NCBI GenBank assembly: GCA_002483465.1
Contig: DLHX01000018.1
Coordinates: 5,285 to 69,284 of the forward strand
Source: Micavibrio sp. UBA7657
GTDB taxonomy: Bacteria; Pseudomonadota; Alphaproteobacteria; Micavibrionales; Micavibrionaceae
Reading direction: 5' to 3'
DNA length: 64,000 nt
The translations under genes and the position numbers were made by a program. Within the stretch, counting starts at the first letter, position 1; every line of letters starts with the position of its first letter. Of this stretch, positions 52,451-62,034 are shown in pieces. The notes under the pieces were generated by a model. That model worked only from the letters and a program-made list of their open reading frames with translations, made no database searches and was not told where the DNA came from.

Positions 52451-55306
52451 TTATGCCGCTTTCTGCTTCTGCTGCTTCACAGCCTCGGCGCAGCGGATGC
52501 AGAGTGTGGGATGCTCTTTGTTCTCGCCAACTTCCGGCAACACTTTCCAGCAGCGCCCGCATTTATCGCCTTCAGCTTTCTGAAAGGTCACTTTCGTTTC
52601 TGCAGCATTTTCCACAGTCGCCTGCGAGGTGATGCAGATTTCCGCCATGTCAATTCCATCAAGGCCCGCCGCCTCGATCACAGGGTGCGCTTCGAGCGAC
52701 GAGCCAATCGTTTTATCGGCACGCTTCGGCTCCAGCGTTGCGAGAACAGCCGAACGCACTTTCGAAATATTTTCCCATTTCACTTTCAGCGCATCGTTTT
52801 TCCAATCTTTCGGAATCTGCGGGAATGCGTGGAAGTGGATGCTGTCGCTATCCTCGAACACGCCTTTGGGGCGGTAGCTCCAGGCTTCTTCCGCCGTGAA
52901 GCAGAGGAGCGGCGCGAACCATGACGTGACGCATTCGAAAATATGCGCGATGACGGTGCGGCAGGCGCGGCGCTCGAATGACTCAGCCGCGTCGCAGTAC
53001 AAACGGTCCTTGCGGATATCGAAATAGAACGCTGACAATTCATTATTGCAGAAATGGTGGAGCTTGTTGGCGAGGCGGCCGTAATCGTGGCTTTGGATGC
53101 AACCCCGAACAAATTCATCCATTTCAGAGAGAAGATGGAGCATGTAACGCTCCAGTTCGGGAACGTCGGGATGGACCCCCGCCTTCGCGGGGGTGACATC
53201 GAGAGAAATTTTTTCCTGCGCGGTGAAACCATCCAGCGCGCCCAGCAAAAATCTAAACGTATTCCTGATACGGCGGTAAAGATCGCCGATGTTTTTGAGG
53301 CTGTCCTGACCGATGCGGACGTCTTCGGCGTAATCCGACGTCATCACCCACAGGCGCAAAATGTCCGCGCCATAAGTCTCCATGACCTTCAGCGGATCGG
53401 TGACATTGCCCTCCGACTTCGACATCTTGTAGCCTTTTTCATCGAGCACAAAGCCATGCGTCAGCACCGATTTGTACGGCGCATGCCCACGCGTGCCGCA
53501 AGATTCCAGGAGCGATGAATGGAACCAGCCGCGATGCTGGTCGGATCCTTCGAGATACATGTCGGCGGGGCTGCTCAATTCCTCGCGGTCTTCGGCGACG
53601 AACGCATGCGTGCAGCCGGATTCAAACCAGACATCGACGATGTCGAACACCTGGTTGTAATCCTCGGTGTCGTAATCGCCGCCGAGGAAATAGGACGCCG
53701 GGCGCTTCCACCACGAGTCGGAGCCTTCTGCTTCGAACGTATCCTGAATTTTTTTGAAGACATCTTCGTCGATCATCGGCTTGCCGGTGACCTTGTGCAC
53801 GAACAGCGCGATGGGAACGCCCCATGCGCGTTGGCGCGAAATGCACCAGTCGGGGCGCTGCTCGATCATTGACCGAATTCGTATTTCTCCTTTAGCAGGC
53901 ACCCATTGCGTGTTGCCGATGGCTTTCAAGGCGCGCTGGCGCAATGTCGTGCCGTCGCTGAATTCCCTGTCCATCGCGATGAACCATTGCGGCGTGGCGC
54001 GGAAGATCAACGGCGCCTTGGAGCGCCAGCTGTGCGGGTATTCATGGCGCATCGAACCCTTGGCGAGCAAATGCCCGGCCATATCGATTTCCTTGATGAC
54101 CGCGAAATTGGCCTGACCCAGTTCGCCCTTCTGCGTGTAGACCTCGAGGCCGGCAAAGAGCGGGATGTGGCCGCGGAACGTGCCGTCGTCATCCAGATTG
54201 TCGGTCATCTCGAGGCCGTTCGCGAGGCCGAGATTGAAGTCGTCAACGCCGTGGCTCGGCGCGATATGGACGAAGCCGGTACCGGTGTCTTCGGTGACGA
54301 AATCCCCGGCGAGCAGCGGCACTTCGAAATCATAGCCCTTGCCGTTCAAAGGGTGGTTAGTAATCGTGCCCGCGAAATCTTTGCCCTTGAACGAGGCAAG
54401 TTCAGCAAGTTCAGAAATTTTAGCGTCTTTCTTGACCTGCTCCGAAAGTTTTTTCGAAAGCAGAAGTTTCTCGCCGGTTTTCGCCTTGCTGCCTTCGGCG
54501 ACTGATTTCACTTCGTACAGCGCGTATTCCATGTCCGGGCCGTAGCCGATGGCGCGATTGGACGGCAGCGTCCATGGCGTGGTCGTCCAGATGACGAAAT
54601 TCGCGCCTTCCAGTTCCTTCTTCGACGCCTTCACGACCGGGAATTTCACCCAAACCGTGACGGATTTATGTTCCTTGTATTCGACTTCGGCTTCGGCGAG
54701 TGCTGTTTTTTCAACCGTCGACCACATGACCGGCTTCGCGCCGCGATACAGGCCGCCGTTGGATGCGAACTTATGAATCTCGCGCACGATGGAGGCTTCG
54801 GCGTGATTGGTCATGGTGAGGTAAGGGTTATCCCAGTCGCCAGCAACGCCGAGGCGCTGGAATTGTTTCGACTGGGTTTCGACCCAGCCTGCTGCGAATT
54901 TGCGGCATTCGTCGCGGAACTGGAGGATATCGACATCGTCCTTGTCCTTGCCCGCCTCGCGGTATTTTTCCTCGATCTTCCATTCGATCGGCAGGCCGTG
55001 GCAGTCCCAGCCGGGGACGTAAGGGCTGTCATAGCCCATCATCTGCCAGGAACGGACGACGACGTCTTTCAAAATCTTGTTCATTGCGTGGCCGATATGG
55101 ATGTTGCCGTTCGCGTAGGGCGGCCCGTCATGCAAGACCCATTTAGGCTTACCTGCTGATTGCTTACGCACCGTGTCGTAAAGCCTCATTCCGTCCCATT
55201 TTTTGACTGTTTCCGGCTCGTTTTTCGGCAGTTCGCCGCGCATAGGGAAATCCGTTTTGGGGAGGAAAACGGTATCGCGGTACTGGTCTTTGTTATCGGT
55301 GCTCAT
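52451..55306 (-). CDS. ileS: isoleucine--tRNA ligase
   Basis: HIGHAMNK and KMSKSEGN class I motifs, a CP1 editing domain, and a C-terminal Zn-ribbon CGRCW...CIRC. Confidence 0.97.
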   Translation of the reverse strand: MSTDNKDQYRDTVFLPKTDFPMRGELPKNEPETVKKWDGMRLYDTVRKQSAGKPKWVLHDGPPYANGNIHIGHAMNKILKDVVVRSWQMMGYDSPYVPGWDCHGLPIEWKIEEKYREAGKDKDDVDILQFRDECRKFAAGWVETQSKQFQRLGVAGDWDNPYLTMTNHAEASIVREIHKFASNGGLYRGAKPVMWSTVEKTALAEAEVEYKEHKSVTVWVKFPVVKASKKELEGANFVIWTTTPWTLPSNRAIGYGPDMEYALYEVKSVAEGSKAKTGEKLLLSKKLSEQVKKDAKISELAELASFKGKDFAGTITNHPLNGKGYDFEVPLLAGDFVTEDTGTGFVHIAPSHGVDDFNLGLANGLEMTDNLDDDGTFRGHIPLFAGLEVYTQKGELGQANFAVIKEIDMAGHLLAKGSMRHEYPHSWRSKAPLIFRATPQWFIAMDREFSDGTTLRQRALKAIGNTQWVPAKGEIRIRSMIEQRPDWCISRQRAWGVPIALFVHKVTGKPMIDEDVFKKIQDTFEAEGSDSWWKRPASYFLGGDYDTEDYNQVFDIVDVWFESGCTHAFVAEDREELSSPADMYLEGSDQHRGWFHSSLLESCGTRGHAPYKSVLTHGFVLDEKGYKMSKSEGNVTDPLKVMETYGADILRLWVMTSDYAEDVRIGQDSLKNIGDLYRRIRNTFRFLLGALDGFTAQEKISLDVTPAKAGVHPDVPELERYMLHLLSEMDEFVRGCIQSHDYGRLANKLHHFCNNELSAFYFDIRKDRLYCDAAESFERRACRTVIAHIFECVTSWFAPLLCFTAEEAWSYRPKGVFEDSDSIHFHAFPQIPKDWKNDALKVKWENISKVRSAVLATLEPKRADKTIGSSLEAHPVIEAAGLDGIDMAEICITSQATVENAAETKVTFQKAEGDKCGRCWKVLPEVGENKEHPTLCIRCAEAVKQQKQKAA
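53173..53197. repeat. REP-like hairpin GGACCCCCGC-CTTC-GCGGGGGTGAC inside the ileS coding sequence
   Basis: Exact reverse complement of 38676-38700. Translated in the ileS frame it reads VTPAKAGVH. Confidence 0.85.
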
Positions 55307-55495
55307 AGCACTTCAGTTCCTTGCATTAAGGTTTTGAATTTATACAAATTTTCGGGGGTCAGAACAAGTGCAGCCAGACAATACCCGGAAACCCGGCCTC
55401 TTTAGATAAGAGCCGGGACTATAATTCGGATAATGTCACGCTTCATGAACATGGCCGCACTATGCGCCAGCCCGGCGCAAAGGGCAACTAATACG

Positions 55496-56419
55496 TTAAT
55501 GCATGCCGGTCAGGACCAGGATGGCCGGGATATAGAACAGGGCAAAAACGGTGGTGAGCATGATGGTGGTCGCGGCCTTTTCCGGAACGATATCGAACTG
55601 GGCGGTGAAGGCGGCGATGTTGGCCGCCGGGGGCACGAGCGAGACGACCATAATCAGCATCAGGACCGGCTCCTCGAACATGTGGAAATACGCCCGGTCG
55701 GCGAGGATGAAGCCATAAGCCATCAGCGGCCAGATCACGAATTTGCCCAGCATAACCAGCGACAGAAATTTTGGCGCAAGGACGAGGCGCTGCAATTTCG
55801 AAAGCGCCGCACCGATAATCAGCATACCGAGAATGACATATGCGCCCTTGAAGTAAGTCCAGTAGGTTTTGAAAAGATCGGGCAACGGTACATCCATGAA
55901 ATTGATCAGCAGCCCGGCGCTGATCGCGTAGACGGATGGGAATTTTACGACCTTCAGCAGGCTTTCGCGCGCCGTGAATTTGCCGCGCGCGGCGATGTAA
56001 TAGCCAACCGTGGCCTCGTACAAAAGAAACCCGAGCAGCATGAACATATAAACGCCGACCCACCGGTCCTCGAACAACAGCAGGACAAGCGGCAGGCCAA
56101 AATAACCGGAATTGCCCATTGCCGTGCACATGGCCAGCAGGTTTGCGCGTGCATCGCCATAGACAGATTTTCCGACGCGGAGCATCACGTAACCGATCAC
56201 CAGCTGGATAAGAAAAGTAATGACAGGCAGCAGCGCATAAGCGGGCTTAAGTTCAAGATCCGCAACAAAACCGAACGCCACAACCGGTATACAAAGATAC
56301 ATGACGAGATTGGCCATTGTCTGCTTGTCGAGGCCGACATAACGGCCAACGAGAAATCCTGCGCCGATCAACAAGTAAAGCGGGAAAAGATTGGTGACGA
56401 GGTTGAGAAAAATTTCCAT
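55496..56419 (-). CDS. AEC (auxin efflux carrier) family transporter
   Basis: Ten-helix membrane protein MEIFLNLVTNLFPLYLLIGAGFLVGR.. . The ATG at 56419 is preferred (2 nt after the ribF stop); the track start at 56455 overlaps ribF. Confidence 0.8.
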   Translation of the reverse strand: MEIFLNLVTNLFPLYLLIGAGFLVGRYVGLDKQTMANLVMYLCIPVVAFGFVADLELKPAYALLPVITFLIQLVIGYVMLRVGKSVYGDARANLLAMCTAMGNSGYFGLPLVLLLFEDRWVGVYMFMLLGFLLYEATVGYYIAARGKFTARESLLKVVKFPSVYAISAGLLINFMDVPLPDLFKTYWTYFKGAYVILGMLIIGAALSKLQRLVLAPKFLSLVMLGKFVIWPLMAYGFILADRAYFHMFEEPVLMLIMVVSLVPPAANIAAFTAQFDIVPEKAATTIMLTTVFALFYIPAILVLTGMH

Positions 56420-56421
56420 GA

Positions 56422-57342
56422 TCAGATTTTCAGGACTTTCTGCACTTGTTCGCAATCGTCTTTCATCTGGGCTTTCAGTTCATCCACGGAATTGAATTTC
56501 GCCTCGCTGCGCAGACGTTTAACAGGTTGTACGCGCAGCGTCCTGCCGTAAATTTCGCGGTTGAAATCGAAAATATAACTTTCGACCTCGGCCTCGGGAA
56601 TTTCAAACATCGGGCGAATACCGATATTTACCGCCGCGCCATGCCATTCCTTTTCGCCTTCAATATTCACACGCGCGGCATAAACGCCGTAAGCCGGGTG
56701 GATCGTTTCGCCGAGCGCGAAATTGGCGGTCGGGAAACCGAGTTCGCGCCCGCGCTGGTCGCCCTTCACCACTTGGCCACGCACTTCCCATTCCCAGCCG
56801 AGCATCTTGTTCGCTTCGGCGATTTCGCCCTGCCTGAGCGCACGGCGGATAAGGCTGGAGGAATAAATCTGACCGGATTCATCGGCTACGCCGCCGATGG
56901 AGGTAACGGGAATGCCTGCGGCCTCGATATCCTTCGCCTCGCCTTTTCTTAACTGGCCGAAGCGGAAATCCTCGCCGACGATGACATGCGACGCCTGCAG
57001 ACCTTCTTTGAGAATATTTTTGACGAAATCCTCGGCGCTCTGGCTGGCGAAATCCCAGTCGAAATTCAGCGCGTATAAAATATCCACCCCGGCCTCTTCC
57101 AGCCGCCATGCCTTGGCCGCAGGGGGTGTGAGGCGTCCGGGTGGTTCATCAGGCCGGAACAGCCTTTTGGGATGCGGCTCAAAGGTCAGGACCGCCAGTT
57201 TTTTTCCGGCCTTTCTGGCTATGTGCCGTGCGTTGGCCAATAAGGCCTGATGCCCCCGGTGCACGCCGTCGAAATTGCCAATCGCAACGACCGCTCCGGA
57301 AGCCTCTGAAGGCAGATTTTTATACATTTCGTATATTTGCAT
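56422..57342 (-). CDS. ribF: bifunctional riboflavin kinase / FMN adenylyltransferase
   Basis: GNFDGVHRGHQAL, plus the riboflavin kinase half GDQRGRELGFPTAN. Confidence 0.94.
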   Translation of the reverse strand: MQIYEMYKNLPSEASGAVVAIGNFDGVHRGHQALLANARHIARKAGKKLAVLTFEPHPKRLFRPDEPPGRLTPPAAKAWRLEEAGVDILYALNFDWDFASQSAEDFVKNILKEGLQASHVIVGEDFRFGQLRKGEAKDIEAAGIPVTSIGGVADESGQIYSSSLIRRALRQGEIAEANKMLGWEWEVRGQVVKGDQRGRELGFPTANFALGETIHPAYGVYAARVNIEGEKEWHGAAVNIGIRPMFEIPEAEVESYIFDFNREIYGRTLRVQPVKRLRSEAKFNSVDELKAQMKDDCEQVQKVLKI

Positions 57343-57493
57343 AAGACTGCCTTGGGGTTATTCCGGGAGCGGGACGATTCCGACTCCAATTTTCTATTAC
57401 GGTGTGTAACCATGCCTCGTCAATGTCCGCATGGATAGTGGCAAAGAGGCGTATAAACCTCACAAATCATTCCAACACTTAAGGGAGAAACTT

Positions 57494-57880
57494 ATGGTTT
57501 CCAAGCAAACTCTGAATGTCCTGCTTGCCAGCGCGGTGGCGTTGACGGTTGCAGGCGCGGGCACAGCCCACGCCCAGGCCGAGAAAGAAAAATGCTACGG
57601 CGTTGTAAAAGCCGGGCAGAATGACTGCGCCGCCGCTGGCGGATCGCATGCCTGCGCGGGCTCCGCGCCGAGCGACAGGCTGGGCGATGAATGGGTTGCC
57701 GTGCCGAAAGGTCTTTGCGACAAGCTAGCCGGTGGTTCCGTAACGCCGCTTACGACGGCTGCCGCAACAGCGCCTGTTGAAGCCCCTGCCGGCACACCAG
57801 TTGAATCTGCGCCGTCCGTTGGCGCACCCGCCGAGACACCCGGAGCAGCACCGGGCGCCGAAGATGGTCACGCGCATTAA
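57494..57880 (+). CDS. DUF2282 (BufA1-type bufferin) RiPP precursor with a long Pro/Ala-rich tail
   Basis: AAGGGAG Shine-Dalgarno and a Sec signal peptide ending AHA. The core is EKCYGVVKAGQNDCAAAGGSHACAG....W..VPKGLC, with four Cys. Confidence 0.8.
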   Translation: MVSKQTLNVLLASAVALTVAGAGTAHAQAEKEKCYGVVKAGQNDCAAAGGSHACAGSAPSDRLGDEWVAVPKGLCDKLAGGSVTPLTTAAATAPVEAPAGTPVESAPSVGAPAETPGAAPGAEDGHAH

Positions 57881-58766
57881 TCATGAAAATAATTTGAATA
57901 AATTCCCACCGGCAACGTTACCAAGTCAGCCGGTGGGAATTGGACTTCGCTATCCTTATTACAAGGATGCTCTCGAAACTGATCTCGAACTAGGTTGGCT
58001 CGAGGTTCACCCGGAAAATTATTTCGGCGGCGGCACGCATCGTCACTTTTTGAGCGAGGCCCGCAAAAAATATCAACTCAGCCTGCATGGTGTCGGCCTT
58101 TCTCTCGGTTCGACGGATCCTGTCAGCGAAACGCATCTGCAAAGTTTCAAGGAACTGATCGAAATTTTTCAGCCCTTTAATGTTTCCGATCACGCATCCT
58201 GGAGCGCCAGCGGGAATGCGCATCTGAACGATCTCCTTCCCCTGCCCTATACGCACGAGACGCTCGATACGCTCTGCCTGAACATCACGCGCACGCAGGA
58301 ATTTTTAGGCCGTAAAATTCTTGTCGAAAATCCGTCCACCTATGTCGCGTTCGCCGAAAACGACATGACGGAATACCAGTTCATGAACCGCGCCGCCGAG
58401 ATGACGGGCTGTGGACTACTGCTCGACATCAACAACATCTACGTACAAGCGCACAACCACGGTTACGATGCGTGGGAATATATCGAGAATATAAACACGC
58501 GCCATGTCGGTGAAATGCACCTGGCAGGCCATAGCGAACATAAAACGACAGGCAAAACCATTTTGATCGACACACATAACCGTCCTGTGCGTGGTGAGGT
58601 GTGGGATCTCTATGAATTCGCCGTGCGACGTTTCGGCGCAATACCGACGCTAATTGAATGGGATCAGGATTTTCCCACACTTGATATTCTCGTTGCTGAA
58701 GCCGACAAGGCGCGCGCGATTATCCGCAACTTCGCAGAAGAAAGAATTCCGCATGCGGCTGAATGA
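57864..58766 (+). CDS. DUF692 / MNIO-family iron oxidase (BufB/MbnB-like)
   Basis: GIGLRYPYY...WLEVHPENYF...LSLHGVGLSLGS. The start was chosen at ATG 57864; the track's upstream extension overlaps the precursor. Confidence 0.85.
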   Translation: MVTRINHENNLNKFPPATLPSQPVGIGLRYPYYKDALETDLELGWLEVHPENYFGGGTHRHFLSEARKKYQLSLHGVGLSLGSTDPVSETHLQSFKELIEIFQPFNVSDHASWSASGNAHLNDLLPLPYTHETLDTLCLNITRTQEFLGRKILVENPSTYVAFAENDMTEYQFMNRAAEMTGCGLLLDINNIYVQAHNHGYDAWEYIENINTRHVGEMHLAGHSEHKTTGKTILIDTHNRPVRGEVWDLYEFAVRRFGAIPTLIEWDQDFPTLDILVAEADKARAIIRNFAEERIPHAAE

Positions 58767-59517
58767 AATCCAGACGCGTTTTAAGGGCATGATGCTGGCG
58801 CCGGAAACGGATGACGCGCTTGCGGATATTCTGGAGACGAGTGATATCCCGCTGACGCGCCGGATGGATGTTTACCGCAACAATGTCATGAGCGGTCTTG
58901 GCAATGCGCTGAGTGCTAATTTTCCGCTACTGGAAAAACTCGTGGGCCGTGATTTTCTTTCTTCGATGGTCCGCGCCTATATTGTCGCCCATCCGCCCAC
59001 CTCAGGCTGCCTCACTTTTTATGGACATGATTTCGATCAGTTTGTTGCAGATTTTTCGCCTGCTGCACATTTGCCTTACTTGGCAGACATGGCAAAACTG
59101 GAAATTCTCGGCAACCAGTCCTATCACGCGAAGGACGATGAGGCGCTGAGTGCACAAAATCTGGCGGATATCCCTGCAGACAGGCTGGAAGAGCTGGAAC
59201 TAAAACTCAGGGAATCCGTTTATCTTTTGCAATCGCCATGGCCATTACATGCAATCCGCGCATATTGTCTCGATGATAAAATGAACGCTCCCGATATTCA
59301 TTCAGGCGGCACATGTCTGCTTGTTCACCGCCTGCACTTCGATGTTGAAATCGTGGAAATTTCGGTAGATGAATATAAATTCCTGAATGCGCTGAAAGCC
59401 CAACCTCTTGGTCAGGCTGTTGTTGAAACATTAACCACATATCCAGATTTTGATTTTGAAAATACGTTGCAACGCTGTATGAAATTGCAGCTATTCCTTA
59501 AACCCGGAAAAAACTAA
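58753..59517 (+). CDS. DUF2063 protein (BufC-like RiPP partner)
   Basis: MRLNEIQTRFKG......RMDVYRNNVMSGLGNAL.ANFP. 14-nt overlap with the DUF692 gene. Confidence 0.8.
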   Translation: MRLNEIQTRFKGMMLAPETDDALADILETSDIPLTRRMDVYRNNVMSGLGNALSANFPLLEKLVGRDFLSSMVRAYIVAHPPTSGCLTFYGHDFDQFVADFSPAAHLPYLADMAKLEILGNQSYHAKDDEALSAQNLADIPADRLEELELKLRESVYLLQSPWPLHAIRAYCLDDKMNAPDIHSGGTCLLVHRLHFDVEIVEISVDEYKFLNALKAQPLGQAVVETLTTYPDFDFENTLQRCMKLQLFLKPGKN

Positions 59518-59519
59518 CC

Positions 59520-60062
59520 ATGCGTCCATTTTTAATATTGCTTCTTTCACTCATTTTCATCGCCGCCGACCAGGCCAGCAAGTGGTACGTGATGGAGCAT
59601 GTGCTCCGCCCCCACGCGGAAGGTGAAGCCGCCGCCCCGCCACCTGATTTCCTCGCATGGTATCAATCCGAGACCAAAACCCTGGCCCCAACCGAGTTGG
59701 CCGTTGCGTCTCATTTCAACTTCGTCAGCGTCTGGAACAAGGGCATCAGTTTCGGCATGTTCAACCAGCAATCCGATTTCGGACCGATGATTTTGATCGT
59801 GCTGGCACTGGTCATATCGCTGTTTTTCGTGGCATGGCTCTTTTATGGGCCTGATGGGATGCAGGAAATGGGCATTTTACTTGTCATAGGTGGGGCGCTC
59901 GGCAATGTCATAGACCGGGCCCGGTACGGAGCGGTCTTCGATTTCCTCGATTTCCACGCATTTGACTATCACTGGCCGGCCTTTAATATAGCCGACAGCG
60001 GTATTGTCATAGGCGTGGGCGTGCTTATATTGCACTCATTCCTTTATTCGAATAAATATTAA
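59520..60062 (+). CDS. lspA: lipoprotein signal peptidase II
   Basis: DQASKW, WNKGISFG, GGALGNVIDR, FNIADS. Confidence 0.93.
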   Translation: MRPFLILLLSLIFIAADQASKWYVMEHVLRPHAEGEAAAPPPDFLAWYQSETKTLAPTELAVASHFNFVSVWNKGISFGMFNQQSDFGPMILIVLALVISLFFVAWLFYGPDGMQEMGILLVIGGALGNVIDRARYGAVFDFLDFHAFDYHWPAFNIADSGIVIGVGVLILHSFLYSNKY

Positions 60063-60072
60063 GGGTCGATTT

Positions 60073-60594
60073 ATGAAGATAAAAATCATTCCTCTCCTGT
60101 TTGTCGCAACGATTGCCCTCGCCGGATGCTCTTCGGCCAAGGACAAGCTCGGCCTGACTAAGAAATCGCCAGATGAATTCGCCGTCGTCAAACGCGCGCC
60201 TCTTTCGATGCCGCCGAATTACACGTTGCGTCCGCCATCACCCGGTGCGCCGCGCCCGCAGGAGCAAAGCCCCGAGCAGGCAGCGCGTCAGACAGTCTTC
60301 GGCGCTGAAGGCCAGGCCGCCTATGAAGCACAGGCAACTGGCAACGATGCCACGTTCTTGAACAAGGCCGGTGCCGCAAAAGCCGACCCGTCCATTCGCC
60401 GGACAATTGACTCGGAAACGGCTGTCCTTAACGAGCAGGAAAAACCAGTCGTCAAACGTCTCCTTGGCATGGACAGCCCCGAGCAGGCACCCGCCAACGT
60501 GGTGAACGCCAAGGAAGAAGCGGCACGCCTGAAGAATAACAAAGAAAAAGGCAAACCGGTCACTGAAGGTGAAACGCCCTCCGTGGAGCAGTAA
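60073..60594 (+). CDS. DUF3035 lipoprotein
   Basis: Lipobox LAGCSS, followed by KKSPDEFAVVKRAPLSMPPNYTLRPP. Confidence 0.75.
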   Translation: MKIKIIPLLFVATIALAGCSSAKDKLGLTKKSPDEFAVVKRAPLSMPPNYTLRPPSPGAPRPQEQSPEQAARQTVFGAEGQAAYEAQATGNDATFLNKAGAAKADPSIRRTIDSETAVLNEQEKPVVKRLLGMDSPEQAPANVVNAKEEAARLKNNKEKGKPVTEGETPSVEQ

Positions 60595-62034
60595 TTGCAG
60601 CGCCAAAGCCGCATAGCTGTTTCACTGGCCGCGGCACTCTTGCTGGCAGTTCCCCTGTCCTATGCCGCTGCTAAAAAAGAGGCGATTAAAGAAGAAACGC
60701 CTGTCCGGCAGAAAATTTTCAACGCCGAAACATTCAAACTCGATAACGGTCTTGAAATCGTCGTCATTCCCAACCACCGCGCGCCCGTCATCACACACAT
60801 GGTCTGGTACAAAGTCGGCGCGGCGGATGAAGATCACGGCGTTTCCGGTGTTGCGCATTTTCTTGAGCATCTGATGTTCAAAGGCTCTCAAGGTTTAAAG
60901 CCCGGCGAGTTCTCGGAAAAAATCCGCTCACTCGGCGGCAACGACAATGCTTTTACCGGGCAGGATTACACCGCCTACCATCAATCGATTTCGGTCGACC
61001 AGCTTGAAACCGTCATGAAAATGGAAGCGGGTCGTATGCGCGGTTTAAATCCCCCGCTGGAACAAGTCGTGTCTGAAAACAAGGTTATCTTAGAGGAACG
61101 CCGCCAGCGCACGGACAATGATCCGCGCGCGCGCTTCGCTGAACAACTCAACGCCGCACTTTATATCAATCATCCTTACGGCAACCCTATTATCGGCTGG
61201 GCCGATGAAATGGCGGCGCTGACATGGGACAAATGTAAAGCTTTCTATGACCGCTGGTACGGACCGAACAATGCGATCCTCGTCGTGTCGGGCGATGTGA
61301 CCGGGCAGCAGGTTTACGATCTTGCGAAAAAGATTTACGGACCACTTAAGCCTGTTCCGTTGCCGGAGCGCGTCAGAGCCGCCGTTCCCCCACTGGAAGC
61401 GTCTGTAACAGTACGTCTTGAAGATGAAACCGTTCACCAGGCATTAGTGCAAAAGGCTTTCATCGTACCGAGCTATCATCAGAACGCAAAAGAATCCCTT
61501 GCGCTGCAGGTTCTTGAGGAGCTAATGGGCGGCGGGCCGACATCGCGCCTTTATAAAGCCCTCGTGGTCGAACAGAAAATAGCGACTAGTGCCGGGTTGT
61601 CTTATCAAGGCTCGATGTGGAGCGATGGCGATCTCGATCTCTACGCCAGCCCCCTGCCCGGTCAGAAACCGGAGGACGTCGTCACGGCACTCGATGAACA
61701 AATCAGGCTGCTGATTAAAAACGGCATTCCTGAAGCGGAACTCAGCGAAGCCCTGACGCGCATGCAGGCCGAAGCAGTTTACGCGCGAGACAGTTTGAGC
61801 GGGCCGGCGATGATTTTCGGTTATTCACTGGCGAGCGGCTCGACAATCGATGATGTTGAATACTGGCAGTACAATATTGCGGCGGTAACAGCTAATGATA
61901 TTTTGGCCGTGGCCAAAAAATATCTCGATCCTGACAATGCGCAGAAGCGTCCACCTGTGACGGGCTATCTCCTGCCCAAGGAAAAGCCACCGGAAACGGC
62001 ACTGTCCGCACCGGCTGAAAAGGCGGCACCATGA
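60595..62034 (+). CDS. M16 family zinc peptidase (active-site subunit)
   Basis: Signal peptide and HFLEHLMFKG (HxxEH). TTG start. Confidence 0.88.
   Translation: MQRQSRIAVSLAAALLLAVPLSYAAAKKEAIKEETPVRQKIFNAETFKLDNGLEIVVIPNHRAPVITHMVWYKVGAADEDHGVSGVAHFLEHLMFKGSQGLKPGEFSEKIRSLGGNDNAFTGQDYTAYHQSISVDQLETVMKMEAGRMRGLNPPLEQVVSENKVILEERRQRTDNDPRARFAEQLNAALYINHPYGNPIIGWADEMAALTWDKCKAFYDRWYGPNNAILVVSGDVTGQQVYDLAKKIYGPLKPVPLPERVRAAVPPLEASVTVRLEDETVHQALVQKAFIVPSYHQNAKESLALQVLEELMGGGPTSRLYKALVVEQKIATSAGLSYQGSMWSDGDLDLYASPLPGQKPEDVVTALDEQIRLLIKNGIPEAELSEALTRMQAEAVYARDSLSGPAMIFGYSLASGSTIDDVEYWQYNIAAVTANDILAVAKKYLDPDNAQKRPPVTGYLLPKEKPPETALSAPAEKAAP

Noticed and set aside
55433-56551. 372-aa plus-strand ORF opposite the AEC transporter and the ribF 3' end
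   Set aside because: The translation is highly charged (His/Asp/Arg/Gln-rich) and is the mirror of a hydrophobic membrane-protein gene. It crosses a gene boundary on the other strand, has no motifs, and is a shadow ORF.
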